Shown here: one piece after another, positions 44,167-53,915 of the stretch | Layout of the letters: every line of letters begins with the position of its first letter | Position numbering within the stretch: position 1 is the first letter of the stretch | Source: Erythrobacter sp. | Lineage (GTDB): Bacteria > Pseudomonadota > Alphaproteobacteria > Sphingomonadales > Sphingomonadaceae | DNA length: 64,000 bases | NCBI GenBank assembly: GCA_041662105.1 | Contig: JBAZTF010000002.1 | Coordinates: 133,377-197,376, forward strand | Direction: 5' to 3' | Program-made: the position numbers and the translations under genes | Notes under the pieces: generated by a model | Seen by the model: only the letters and a program-made list of their open reading frames with translations | Told to the model about the DNA's origin: nothing | Databases searched by the model: none

Positions 44167-44401
44167 TGCTGAACATTCCCAGTTCCTGCGGTCGTACCGT
44201 CACCCTTTGAATTGAAAATAAGCCATCTGCAAATCTCTCATAGGCGACCTTCAGGGCGTCACTGAGCTTCACATGGATTCCTTGTATTTGCTGATTACGA
44301 AGCAACGCATAGGAACCCTCATGCTCGGGTAGCAGTTCTGGGAGCTTGGGGAGAAACGCAAACAGATTGCGTTGGATTTCTTTATCGAGCGCATCACCCA
44401 T
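44147..44401 (-). CDS. Small DUF5678-like protein
   Basis: ELLPEHEGSYALLRNQQIQGIH..LSDAL.VAYERF..GLFSIQRV resembles the DUF5678 pattern; overlaps the protease start by 20 nt; GGAA RBS-like upstream. Confidence 0.6.
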   Translation of the reverse strand: MGDALDKEIQRNLFAFLPKLPELLPEHEGSYALLRNQQIQGIHVKLSDALKVAYERFADGLFSIQRVTVRPQELGMFSSAENQG

Positions 44402-44537
44402 CGATTGTTCCTTCCAGATTCATGATACCATCGTCGACTCGATAATTCCATTTCAAAGTACGAATCTTTCAGCATTGAATCACGAAACCATGTTCCAATC
44501 GACATTGCGAAAGATTCAGATTCGAAGCGATTTGAGT

Positions 44538-44933
44538 CTACTTCTGCCGCTCCAGCTGGGCGGCCATCTGTTCCCAGATCTTGTTCACCGCCTTCAGCGG
44601 CCGGACCATCACCTTGAAGTCGACGATCAGCCCGGCATCATCGAAACGGATCAGGTCGATACCGTTGACGTGGGTGCCGTCCATCTCGGTGGTGAACTCG
44701 AGCATGGCATTCTCGCCGTCCAGCAGTTCGCGCACATAGGTGAAGCTGTCGTTGCCCAGCGTTTGCCCGGCCGCCGAGAGATAGGCAACCACGACCGGAC
44801 GCCCGCGCTGCGGCGCGTGGACCACGGGTGAGTGGAATACGGCATCGGGATGGATGATCGCCGCCAGCGCTTCGGGCGTGCTGCCGCGCTCGATCACCTC
44901 GTGCCAGCGTTTCAGGCCTTCGCGTGCGGACAT
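44538..44933 (-). CDS. Nuclear transport factor 2 / SnoaL-like protein
   Basis: HPDAVFHSPVVH.P..G, LEFTTE..G..VNGIDLIRFD..G.I.DFKVMVRP. Confidence 0.85.
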   Translation of the reverse strand: MSAREGLKRWHEVIERGSTPEALAAIIHPDAVFHSPVVHAPQRGRPVVVAYLSAAGQTLGNDSFTYVRELLDGENAMLEFTTEMDGTHVNGIDLIRFDDAGLIVDFKVMVRPLKAVNKIWEQMAAQLERQK

Positions 44934-45103
44934 GGCGTTTTCCTTCCGTTTCGATGATCGACGATGGCTGTTATTGACGGCGAGGTCCAGCCTCGTTCAT
45001 GCGGGCGGCCCCCTTGGGGGGCGGGGACGAAAGAGGCTGGCGCTTGCGGCGAAGCTTGGGCAGGCCCAGATAGGGCGCACAGCGCCGCAACGGAGGAAAC
45101 GCC

Positions 45104-45370
45104 ATGAAGGTCCATATCGAAATCGACTGCACGCCCGAAGAGGCGCGGACCTTCATGGGCCTGCCCGATGTCGGCAAGGCCAACGACATCTATGTCGACA
45201 TGATGGCCAAGGCGATGAAGGGCGTATCGAACACCGACCAGCTGCAGGAGTATGCCAAGCAGCTCGCGCCGATGGGGCAGGCGGGATTCAAGCTGTTCCA
45301 GAGCTTCATGGAAGGCGCCAATGCGGCGCGCGGCGGAGCGGGCCGCGGCAAGCCTGCCGACGGGGATTGA
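45104..45370 (+). CDS. DUF6489-like small protein
   Basis: MKVHIEIDCTPEEARTFMGLPDV; GGAGG RBS. Confidence 0.75.
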   Translation: MKVHIEIDCTPEEARTFMGLPDVGKANDIYVDMMAKAMKGVSNTDQLQEYAKQLAPMGQAGFKLFQSFMEGANAARGGAGRGKPADGD

Positions 45371-45385
45371 AGCCAGCACAGCACG

Positions 45386-46657
45386 ATGAGCGATACGATC
45401 TTCGCCCTGTCGAGCGGAGCGCCGCCGGCAGCGATCGCGGTTATCCGGATCAGCGGGCCACGCGCGGGCGAGGCGCTGAGCGCGCTTGCCGGGTCCTGCC
45501 CCGAACCGCGCCACCCCTCGCTCCGCCGCCTGCGTGACAGGGCGGGCGAAGTGCTCGACGCGGCGCTCGTGACCTGGTTTCCCGGTCCGGCGACGGCGAC
45601 GGGTGAGGACCTTGCCGAATTGCATTGCCATGGTGGCAGGGCGGTGGTGACGGCGGTGCTTGGGGCCCTCGCGGCATTGCCCGGTTTGCGTGAGGCCGAA
45701 CCGGGTGAGTTTACCCGCCGCGCCTTCACCAACGGGCGGATCGACCTGACCGAAGCCGAGGGGCTGGCAGATCTGCTTGCAGCAGAGACCGAATGGCAGC
45801 GACGCGGCGCCTTGCTGGCTGCCGGAGGCGCACTGTCGCGGCGGATCGAGCAGTGGCGCGAATCCGTGCTGGGGCTATCGGCGCAAATCGAGGCGGTGAT
45901 CGACTTTGCCGACGAGGGTGACGTGAGTGATCTCCCGCCCGCTTTCGGGGAGGGAATCGCCGATCTGGCAGCGGCCATCGCACGCGTGCTCGAGCGGCCC
46001 CCGGCCGATCGGTTGCGCGAAGGGGTGCGGGTGGTGTTCGCAGGCCCTCCGAATTCCGGTAAATCATCTCTTTTCAATGCGTTACTAGAAGATACAGTGG
46101 CGATTGTCTCGCCCGAGGCCGGCACTACGCGTGACGTGATCGAGCGACCCGTGGCGCTGGGCGGCCTTGCGTTCACCTTTGCCGACACGGCGGGTCTTCG
46201 CGATGAGGGCGCAGGGGTGATCGAGGCGATCGGTATCGATCGTGCGCGCGAACAGCTGGCCCGGGCGGAAATCGTGCTGTGGCTGGGTAATCGGGCGGAT
46301 TGTCCGGACGGAGCGATCCTGGTGCAATCCAGATGCGATGCGGTCGCCGAAGGTGATGAGGGTGCATTACGCGTGTCGGCGGTGACGGGTGAAGGGCTTG
46401 CGCTCCTCACTCAGGAAATCATCCACCGGGGCAAGGCGGCGCTGCCACCGCCGGATCGAATCGCGCTCAACCGGCGGCAGAAAGCACTGGCAGCGCAGGC
46501 GCTGGCGTTTCTCGAGCGGGCGGGTGAGGCGTGCGATCCCCTGCTCGTTGCCGAAGAATTGCGCGCCGCGCGGGTCGCCTTCGATGCGCTTTCGGGGCGC
46601 AATTCGACCGAGGACATGCTCGACGCGCTGTTTGGTCGCTTCTGCATCGGCAAGTGA
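45386..46657 (+). CDS. mnmE: tRNA modification GTPase MnmE
   Basis: [56 protein letters not shown]. Confidence 0.96.
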   Translation: MSDTIFALSSGAPPAAIAVIRISGPRAGEALSALAGSCPEPRHPSLRRLRDRAGEVLDAALVTWFPGPATATGEDLAELHCHGGRAVVTAVLGALAALPGLREAEPGEFTRRAFTNGRIDLTEAEGLADLLAAETEWQRRGALLAAGGALSRRIEQWRESVLGLSAQIEAVIDFADEGDVSDLPPAFGEGIADLAAAIARVLERPPADRLREGVRVVFAGPPNSGKSSLFNALLEDTVAIVSPEAGTTRDVIERPVALGGLAFTFADTAGLRDEGAGVIEAIGIDRAREQLARAEIVLWLGNRADCPDGAILVQSRCDAVAEGDEGALRVSAVTGEGLALLTQEIIHRGKAALPPPDRIALNRRQKALAAQALAFLERAGEACDPLLVAEELRAARVAFDALSGRNSTEDMLDALFGRFCIGK

Positions 46658-46673
46658 TGTTTCACGTGGAACA
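46658..46673. promoter_or_regulatory. parS centromere site 1
   Basis: TGTTTCACGTGGAACA between mnmE and mnmG. Confidence 0.9.
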
Positions 46674-46718
46674 CACGAAGCTTTGAATTCCTGCCGGGTC
46701 CCGCTAGAGGGCCCGCCT

Positions 46719-48572
46719 ATGCATGAGTTCGACGTCCTCGTGGTCGGCGGCGGACACGCCGGCGTCGAGGCGGCCTGCGCCGCCGCGCGGATGGGTGCGC
46801 GCACTGCACTGGTCAGCTTCGATCTCGATGCGATCGGGGTGATGAGCTGCAATCCGGCGATCGGCGGATTGGGCAAGGGGCACCTCGTGCGCGAGGTCGA
46901 TGCGCTCGACGGGGTGATCGGCCGCGCGGCCGACGCCGCGGCGATCCACTATCGCATGCTCAACCGTTCGAAGGGCAGCGCGGTGTGGGGACCCCGCGTG
47001 CAGGCCGACCGGCGCCTGTTTAGGGCGGCGGTGCAGGCGGCGGTCGCGGCACAGGAGGGCTTGTCGCTGGTCGCGGGCGAAGTGGCTGCCTTGTGCTTCG
47101 ACGGGCAGCGCGTCTCCGGCGTGGAACTGGCCGATGGGGTGCGGCTGGCGGCGCGGGCGGTGGTGCTGTGCACCGGGACCTTCCTTGGCGGCGTATTGTT
47201 TCGCGGTGAGGAACGCCTTGTCGGCGGGCGCGTGGGCGAGAATGCCGCGCATCGGCTTGCCGAGCAGCTGCGCGGGGCGAATCTGCCGATGGGACGGCTC
47301 AAGACCGGGACGCCGCCGCGGCTTGACGGGCGGACGATCGACTGGGGCGCGCTCGAGCAGCAGGCATCCGATGGCGAGGCCTGGACCATGTCCTCGCTCA
47401 CACAGGCCCGGGTCAATCCGCCGGTCTTCTGCGCGGTTACGCGTACCAACGCCCGGGCGCATGATATCATTCGCGCCAATCTCGACCGTTCGCCGCTGTT
47501 TTCCGGCGCGATAGGGGCCGCGGGTCCGCGCTATTGCCCCTCGATCGAGGACAAGATCCATCGCTTCCGCGATCGTGACGGGCATCAGGTCTTCCTCGAG
47601 CCTGAGGGCCTCGATACGCATCTGGTCTACCCCAACGGGATTTCGACATCGCTGCCCACCGATGTCCAGCACGCCATGCTGCAAAGCATGAGGGGGCTCG
47701 AGCGGGTCGAGATGATCGTGCCGGGCTATGCGGTGGAGTACGATCATGTCGATCCGCGCGCGCTCGGATCGAACCTCGAACTGCATGCGATCGCCGGGCT
47801 GTTCTGCGCCGGACAGATCAACGGCACCACCGGTTACGAGGAAGCGGCCGCGCAGGGACTGGTCGCGGGAATGCATGCCGCCGCGCAGGCGACGGGGCGC
47901 GATCCTGTCGTGCTGGACCGCGCCAATTCCTACCTCGCGGTAATGGTCGACGATCTCAGCCTGCACGGGATTACCGAGCCGTACCGCATGCTCACCGCGC
48001 GCGCCGAATATCGCCTGCGGCTGCGGGCGAGCAATGCCGACACCCGGCTGACCCCTCTCGGGATCGCCGCCGGGATTGTCGGTGAGGAGCGTCGAGCGTG
48101 GTTTGAGCGCAGGACAGGGCGCCGCGCGACACTGGATGCCTTGTTCGACAGCCCACTTCATGCCCGCGAACTGGAAGCGGCAGGGTTCCACGTGAAACGC
48201 GATGCCGGGACAAGGCCCGTGCGCGACTGGATTTCGGCGGGGCACGTGAAGCTGGGTGGCCTGGCGATGCTGTTCGAGGCAGTCGACCCGCTGGACGAGC
48301 TGGCGGTGGAAATGGCCGAGGATGCCTTCTACGCGCCCTATCTCGCGCGCCAGCAGGCGGAGCTGGGCGATTTACGGGCCAGCGCGGCGCAGCGGCTGCC
48401 CGTGGACTTTCCCTATCGCGATGTGCCGGGGCTCTCGAATGAAATGGTCGAGCGCCTGTCGCTGGCGCGCCCTGCCGATATGGCGGCGGCATCGCGGGTC
48501 CGGGGGATCACGCCTGCCGCACTGGCAGCACTGCTGGTCCACGCCCGTCGGCTCGGGCAGCTCGCGGCATGA
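46719..48572 (+). CDS. mnmG: tRNA uridine-5-carboxymethylaminomethyl modification enzyme MnmG (GidA)
   Basis: [57 protein letters not shown]. Confidence 0.97.
   Translation: MHEFDVLVVGGGHAGVEAACAAARMGARTALVSFDLDAIGVMSCNPAIGGLGKGHLVREVDALDGVIGRAADAAAIHYRMLNRSKGSAVWGPRVQADRRLFRAAVQAAVAAQEGLSLVAGEVAALCFDGQRVSGVELADGVRLAARAVVLCTGTFLGGVLFRGEERLVGGRVGENAAHRLAEQLRGANLPMGRLKTGTPPRLDGRTIDWGALEQQASDGEAWTMSSLTQARVNPPVFCAVTRTNARAHDIIRANLDRSPLFSGAIGAAGPRYCPSIEDKIHRFRDRDGHQVFLEPEGLDTHLVYPNGISTSLPTDVQHAMLQSMRGLERVEMIVPGYAVEYDHVDPRALGSNLELHAIAGLFCAGQINGTTGYEEAAAQGLVAGMHAAAQATGRDPVVLDRANSYLAVMVDDLSLHGITEPYRMLTARAEYRLRLRASNADTRLTPLGIAAGIVGEERRAWFERRTGRRATLDALFDSPLHARELEAAGFHVKRDAGTRPVRDWISAGHVKLGGLAMLFEAVDPLDELAVEMAEDAFYAPYLARQQAELGDLRASAAQRLPVDFPYRDVPGLSNEMVERLSLARPADMAAASRVRGITPAALAALLVHARRLGQLAA
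48185..48198. promoter_or_regulatory. parS site 2 (inside mnmG)
   Basis: GTTCCACGTGAAAC is the reverse complement of GTTTCACGTGGAAC. Confidence 0.8.
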
Positions 48573-49198
48573 TCGGGAGCGAGGACCAGGCGCGCGCCTA
48601 TGTTGCCGGACTGTGCGACAGGACCGCGATGGCGCGCCTCGATCGTCTCGTCGCGGCATTGGGCGAGGAAAACGAGCGCCAGAACCTCGTCGCGCGAAAT
48701 TCGCTGTCGATGGCGTGGCAGCGGCATATTGCCGATTCGGCGCAGCTGCTCGCGCATTGCGATGCGGCACAGGGACCGTGGCTCGATCTGGGCAGCGGGG
48801 CGGGCTTTCCTGGCCTGGTCATCGCCGCAATGCGACCAGAACTATCTGTAATCCTTGTCGAATCACGCAAGCGCCGGATCGATTGGCTCGCGCGGGTCGT
48901 GCATGAACTGGGGCTCGGGCATTGCCGGGTCGAGGGTCGTCGGATCGAACGGCTTCCCACATTTCCAGCGGCGGTGATTTCCGCGCGCGCCTTCGCACCG
49001 CTCGATCGTTTGCTCTGCTTATCCGCACGCTTCTCCACAAGCGACACCTGGTGGCTGTTGCCCAAGGGGCGGTCGGCGGAGCAAGAGGCGCAGGGGCTCG
49101 CAGAATCGCGACGCAGAATGTTTCACGTGGAACATTCGCTGACCGATGCGGGGGCGGGAATCATAATTGGCCGCGGCCAGTGGAAGGAAACGGCATGA
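48569..49198 (+). CDS. rsmG: 16S rRNA m7G527 methyltransferase RsmG (GidB)
   Basis: [41 protein letters not shown]. Confidence 0.93.
   Translation: MIGSEDQARAYVAGLCDRTAMARLDRLVAALGEENERQNLVARNSLSMAWQRHIADSAQLLAHCDAAQGPWLDLGSGAGFPGLVIAAMRPELSVILVESRKRRIDWLARVVHELGLGHCRVEGRRIERLPTFPAAVISARAFAPLDRLLCLSARFSTSDTWWLLPKGRSAEQEAQGLAESRRRMFHVEHSLTDAGAGIIIGRGQWKETA
49119..49134. promoter_or_regulatory. parS site 3 (inside rsmG)
   Basis: TGTTTCACGTGGAACA, extending to the palindrome GAATGTTTCACGTGGAACATTC (49116-49137). Confidence 0.88.
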
Positions 49199-49974
49199 TC
49201 ACCATCGCGATCGCGAATCAGAAAGGCGGGGTGGGCAAGACCACCACCGCGATCAATATCGCCACCGCGATGGCCGCGACCGGGTGGAAGACGCTGCTGA
49301 TCGACCTCGATCCACAGGGCAATGCCTCGACCGGCCTCGGCATCGAGGTTGCCGCACGCGAGAACACCAGCTACGATCTGCTGATCGAGCAGGCGACGCT
49401 TGCCGAATGTGTTTTGTCAACCGACATTCCCGGCCTCGATATCGTCCCCGCGACGCAGGACCTTTCCGGCGCCGAGGTAGAGCTCGTCTCGGTCGAGGAT
49501 CGGGCCGCGCGCTTGACCCGGGCGCTGACGCAGCAGGGTCGCGCTTACGACGTGTGCTTCATCGATTGCCCTCCCTCGCTTGGCCTGTTGACTCTCAATG
49601 CGCTGTGCGCCGCGGATTCGTTGCTGGTGCCGCTGCAATGCGAATTCTTCGCGCTCGAAGGTCTCAGCCAGTTGCTCCAGACGGTCGAACGCATCCAGCA
49701 GGGCTTCAATCCCGAGCTCGGTATCGTTGGTGTGGTGCTGACCATGTTCGACCGGCGCAACCGCCTGACCGACCAGGTGGCCGACGATGTCCGCGATTGC
49801 CTGGGCGGGCTGGTGTTCGAGAATGTCATTCCGCGCAATGTGCGCCTGTCCGAAGCGCCCAGCCATGGCATGCCGGCGCTGGTCTATGACCACCAGTGCT
49901 CGGGCAGCCGTGCCTATATCGGTCTGGCGCGCGAACTGATCGGTCGCCTGCCCGAGACGAGGAAAGCCGCATGA
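49195..49974 (+). CDS. parA: Chromosome partitioning ATPase ParA
   Basis: IANQKGGVGKTTT, DLDPQGNA, IDCPPSLG, PLQCEFFALEG, IPRNVRLSEAPS. Confidence 0.96.
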   Translation: MITIAIANQKGGVGKTTTAINIATAMAATGWKTLLIDLDPQGNASTGLGIEVAARENTSYDLLIEQATLAECVLSTDIPGLDIVPATQDLSGAEVELVSVEDRAARLTRALTQQGRAYDVCFIDCPPSLGLLTLNALCAADSLLVPLQCEFFALEGLSQLLQTVERIQQGFNPELGIVGVVLTMFDRRNRLTDQVADDVRDCLGGLVFENVIPRNVRLSEAPSHGMPALVYDHQCSGSRAYIGLARELIGRLPETRKAA

Positions 49975-50942
49975 GCGAAGCCGCACCCACCATCCGCCCG
50001 ATCGACCGCAAGAAGAAGCTTGGCCGCGGCCTTGGCGCACTGCTCGGCGAAACGCGCCGCGAGGAACCGCTGGTTCGGCGCGAGCATGGCGATCTGGCCG
50101 ACGAAGCCGGCGGAGGTGGCGTGACGATGCTGGCACCGGTGGTTGCCGTGACCAGCGGTCTGGCATCGATCCCTGTAGCCAGGATCGAACCGCTCCCCGG
50201 CCAGCCGCGCACCCACTTCAATGAGGAATCGCTCGATGAGCTTGCGTCCTCGATCGCGGCGCGCGGGGTCATCCAGCCGATCATCGTCCGGCCGCTGGGC
50301 GGAGGGCGCTACCAGCTGGTCGCCGGCGAACGCCGCTGGCGTGCCGCGCAGCGGGCGCGGCTGCACGAGATTCCGGCGCTCGTCAGGGAACTCGAACAGC
50401 GTGAGGTGATGGCGCTGGCGCTGATCGAGAATCTCCAGCGCGAGGATCTCAATCCGCTTGAAGAAGCCAGGGCTTATCAAAAACTTGCCGATGACGAGGG
50501 CATGACCCAGGCGGAGATCGCCAAGCTCGTCGACAAATCCCGCAGCCATGTTGCAAACTTCCAGCGCCTGCTGGCCTTGCCCGACGACGTCTTGGCCTTC
50601 CTTGCCGAAGGATCGTTGTCGATGGGGCACGCCCGGGCGCTGATCGGGCGTGAAGACGCCTCGGCACTCGCGCGGCGCGCGGTGAGCGAGAAGCTTTCGG
50701 TGCGCGAGATCGAAAAGCTGTCGCGCGCGCCGGCCCGGCGAAAGGCCGCGCCGTCCCCGGCAAACGGCAGCACGGGCAATGCCGATATTACCGCGGTGCA
50801 GGGCCATCTCGAAGAATTCCTCGGCATGCAGGTGCGGATCAGGACCGATGCCTCGCCCAATACCGGGACGGTGACCATCCGCTATCGCACGCTCGACCAG
50901 CTCGATCTGATCTGCCAGCGCCTGACCGGCGGTGATATATGA
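49971..50942 (+). CDS. parB: Chromosome partitioning protein ParB
   Basis: LGRGLGALL, QPR..F, GVIQPIIVR, LVAGERRWRAA, ENLQREDL, HTH, GHARAL. Confidence 0.96.
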   Translation: MSEAAPTIRPIDRKKKLGRGLGALLGETRREEPLVRREHGDLADEAGGGGVTMLAPVVAVTSGLASIPVARIEPLPGQPRTHFNEESLDELASSIAARGVIQPIIVRPLGGGRYQLVAGERRWRAAQRARLHEIPALVRELEQREVMALALIENLQREDLNPLEEARAYQKLADDEGMTQAEIAKLVDKSRSHVANFQRLLALPDDVLAFLAEGSLSMGHARALIGREDASALARRAVSEKLSVREIEKLSRAPARRKAAPSPANGSTGNADITAVQGHLEEFLGMQVRIRTDASPNTGTVTIRYRTLDQLDLICQRLTGGDI

Positions 50943-50985
50943 TACTTATCAGTTGGTTACAAAAGTCGCGCCGTGCGACTTGCGG

Positions 50986-51765
50986 CTATCGACTGACCGG
51001 AGTCCCGTCGCTGTAGACCGCGCGCTGCGGCACCAGCACGGTCACCGGGACGAGCATATATTGCCCGCTCTGCGAATATTGACCGTGCAGCCCGCCGGTC
51101 TGTGCGCTCTGCATGTACCCATCGAGGTAGGTCTCGCAGGATTGCCGTGATTTATCGTCCAGCGTGGGCTCGATATGGCGAGGATGATCCCGGTCCGCCG
51201 CAATTTCGTCATCACCGTCCCCCCCGGCTCGCGGCGCAATGCGGCGGCTGCATTCGGCCAGCCAGGCCTCCCGGTCGAACTGAACCAGTCGACCGCCAGC
51301 GGGGACCGGCGGCTCTGCCTCCTGGTAGATGTAGCCGTAGGCTTGGGGCACAGTCTCACGAGCGCGATAGATCACTCGCGTCGCCCCAGCGGCGCGGGCA
51401 GGGTGCTGGTAAATCGCCGGATAGGCGTAAAGCAACGTCTTCTCGGGCAGCACCTCCCCTGCGGCCAGGCGCGCCTCACCCTGCTCTGCCGGACCGGGTG
51501 GGATGTCGGCATAGTCGTCGGGCTCGACCGTGGCGACCGGCTGCGCCACCGGGCGCGGGGCGAAGATCACCGGCGCGCCGTCCTGGCGCTCGGGAATGAC
51601 CCGGGGCACCGCCCGATCCTCTTCGCGCGTTTGCGTTTCGGACTCGCCCTGCTGCTCGACATACTGATAGTCGCCTGTGGCATAGTCGAGATTCTGCGCC
51701 GCGGCAGCGGCGGGCAGCAAGGCGAGCGATGCTGCGGTCAGGTTGATGCGGGCAAGCTGGATCAT
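50986..51765 (-). CDS. Hypothetical exported protein
   Basis: Signal peptide (MIQLARINLTAASLALLPAAAAAQ), GGAGAG RBS, WLAEC...SCE.YL Cys pair. Confidence 0.65.
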   Translation of the reverse strand: MIQLARINLTAASLALLPAAAAAQNLDYATGDYQYVEQQGESETQTREEDRAVPRVIPERQDGAPVIFAPRPVAQPVATVEPDDYADIPPGPAEQGEARLAAGEVLPEKTLLYAYPAIYQHPARAAGATRVIYRARETVPQAYGYIYQEAEPPVPAGGRLVQFDREAWLAECSRRIAPRAGGDGDDEIAADRDHPRHIEPTLDDKSRQSCETYLDGYMQSAQTGGLHGQYSQSGQYMLVPVTVLVPQRAVYSDGTPVSR

Positions 51766-51886
51766 CGGGCACTCTCCTGCGGCGACTCCGGCCTGCCCGG
51801 GCCTCCACGGCTGGCAGGATGGTACCACCGGCACGGCGCGCGACAAAATCGCACCCCGCCGATTGTTCCGTTCCGGGGCAGGCGGC

Positions 51887-52369
51887 TCAGATACGGTTCG
51901 CAAGCATGGCGGCGAGCGCTTCGATGCCCGCCCGGTCATCGCTGTCGAAGCGCGCGGGCAAGGGACTGTCCAAATCGATCACCGCGACGACCCGACCATC
52001 GCGCAGGACCGGCACGACGAGCTCCGAATTGGTCTGCGAATCGCAGGCGATATGGCCGGGAAAGGCATGCACGTCCTCGACCAGCCGGGTTGCCCGTTGC
52101 GCCGCCGCGACGCCGCAGACGCCCTTGCCCAGCGGGATGCGAATACAGGCGGGGCGGCCGTGGAAGGGCCCGAGCACGAGACCTTCGCCGACCATCCGGT
52201 AAAACCCGGCCCAGTTGAGGTCGGGCAGGAAATCCCACAGCAGCGCGGCAATGTTCGCCATATTGGCGACCGCATCGGGCTCGCCCGCGGTCAGCGCTTC
52301 TGCGGAATGGAGCAGCTGCCGATAGGCTTCGGGCTTCGGGCAATCGGGCGCGGGGCGAAAATCGAACAT
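51887..52369 (-). CDS. msrC: GAF domain protein (free Met-R-sulfoxide reductase-like)
   Basis: NWAGFY, LGPFHG.PAC.RI.LGKGVCG, VEDVHAFPGHIACD..TNSELVVP, IDLDSP. Confidence 0.88.
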   Translation of the reverse strand: MFDFRPAPDCPKPEAYRQLLHSAEALTAGEPDAVANMANIAALLWDFLPDLNWAGFYRMVGEGLVLGPFHGRPACIRIPLGKGVCGVAAAQRATRLVEDVHAFPGHIACDSQTNSELVVPVLRDGRVVAVIDLDSPLPARFDSDDRAGIEALAAMLANRI

Positions 52370-52445
52370 GGCGCCGATCTAATGCCGGCCGCGGCGGCTG
52401 CAAGCCCCATTGCCGCCCACTCAAGCCTCGCCTATCCGTCGCTGC

Positions 52446-53897
52446 ATGAGCACTCCTAAGAAGTTGGGCATCGGCCTTGTCGTCTTCCTGCTGATCCTCG
52501 CTGCGGGTGGCTGGCTTCTCACTCGCGGCGATACCGCGACGGTCCCATGGGACGATGTGACCGGGCCCGATCCGACGCTGGAAGAGGCGAACGAGGAAAC
52601 GGTCCCGACCGTGGCAATCGCAAAGCCGGTGGGATGGAAGCAGGGTGAAGCCCCCGTCGCGGCAGAGGGCCTTGCCGTCACCCGCTTCGCCGAGCGGCTC
52701 GAGCATCCGCGCACGATGCAGGCGCTGCCCAACGGCGATGTCCTCGTGGCGCTGACTCGCCAACCGCAAACCAAGGGTGGCGGGCTTGAGGGCTGGATCG
52801 CCGACAAGCTGATGACCCGGGCGGGGGCGACCGGGGCCTCGCCGAACAGGCTGGTGCTGCTGCGCGACGCCGATGGCGATGGCAAGGCGGAGGTGATGCA
52901 GGTCCTGCTCGACGGGCTGGAATCCCCCTCGGGTATCGCATGGAGCGACGGGACGCTTTACGTTGCCAACCACAATGCGGTGCTTGCCTATCCCTATGAA
53001 TTGGGTGCCGCCAGGGTTTCCGGACCTGCGCGCAAGGTCACCGACCTCGTGGGCGGGGGCAACCACTGGATGCGCAACCTCGCGCTAAGCCCCGACGGGA
53101 AAAAGCTATATGCAGCAGTCGGCTCTTCTTCCAATATCGCCGAAAACGGTCTCGAGGCCGAAGAGGGCCGTGCGCTGATCTGGGAAATCGACCTGGCCAG
53201 TGGCCGGCGGCGTGTGTTCGGCGCCGGGCTGCGCAACCCCAACGGCCTCGATTTCAGCCCCTGGTCGGGCGAGCTGTGGACCACCGTCAACGAGCGCGAC
53301 ATGCTCGGCTCGGACATCGTGCCCGATTACCTCACCAATGTCCCCGTGGGCGCGCATTACGGCTGGCCGTGGGTCTATTGGCGCGACACTTTCGATCGCC
53401 GGGTGAAATATCCGATCCCGTCCGTCATCAACTATGTCCGCAGGCCCGAATACGCGCTCGGCCCGCATGTCGCGGCGTTGGGGCTGGTGTTCAGCAGGGA
53501 AGGCGCGCGAATGGGCGGCAAATTCGCCGGCGGAGCCTTCATCGCGCAGCACGGCTCGTGGAATCGCAAGCCGCTTTCGGGGTATGATGTAGTCTATGTT
53601 GCCTTCGACAAGCGCGGCAACCCCACGGGCAAGCCGGTGCCGGTGTTGAGCGGTTTCCTCATGGGTGACGGCACGACGCGCGGACGCCCGACCTGGGTCG
53701 AATGGGCCGCCGACGGCGGGCTGCTGGTCAGCGACGACACGGGCGGGATCATCTGGCGTGTGATTGCCCCCGGTGCCGCGCCGCAAGCTGCGATCGAGCG
53801 GGTCGCGGGCAAGCGCCTGCCACCGCAGCGCGAACTACGCGGCCAGGCGGCGACGTTTGGAGCCGACGACTTCGCGCGCAGCGTTACTGCGAATTGA
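52446..53897 (+). CDS. Glucose/sorbosone dehydrogenase family (PQQ-dependent) protein
   Basis: N-terminal TM, LEHPR, NHWMRNL, GLRNPNG, VNERDMLG, HGSWNR, GRPT, VSDD. Confidence 0.88.
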   Translation: MSTPKKLGIGLVVFLLILAAGGWLLTRGDTATVPWDDVTGPDPTLEEANEETVPTVAIAKPVGWKQGEAPVAAEGLAVTRFAERLEHPRTMQALPNGDVLVALTRQPQTKGGGLEGWIADKLMTRAGATGASPNRLVLLRDADGDGKAEVMQVLLDGLESPSGIAWSDGTLYVANHNAVLAYPYELGAARVSGPARKVTDLVGGGNHWMRNLALSPDGKKLYAAVGSSSNIAENGLEAEEGRALIWEIDLASGRRRVFGAGLRNPNGLDFSPWSGELWTTVNERDMLGSDIVPDYLTNVPVGAHYGWPWVYWRDTFDRRVKYPIPSVINYVRRPEYALGPHVAALGLVFSREGARMGGKFAGGAFIAQHGSWNRKPLSGYDVVYVAFDKRGNPTGKPVPVLSGFLMGDGTTRGRPTWVEWAADGGLLVSDDTGGIIWRVIAPGAAPQAAIERVAGKRLPPQRELRGQAATFGADDFARSVTAN

Positions 53898-53915
53898 GTC
53901 GCGCCGCGCGACTTT

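Noticed and set aside
43720-44537. Prophage, IS or retroelement as the source of the islet
   Set aside because: No integrase, transposase, reverse transcriptase or att-like direct repeats are visible.
48238-48253. GGGCACGTGAAGC as a fourth parS site
   Set aside because: Only the CACGTG core and part of one arm match.
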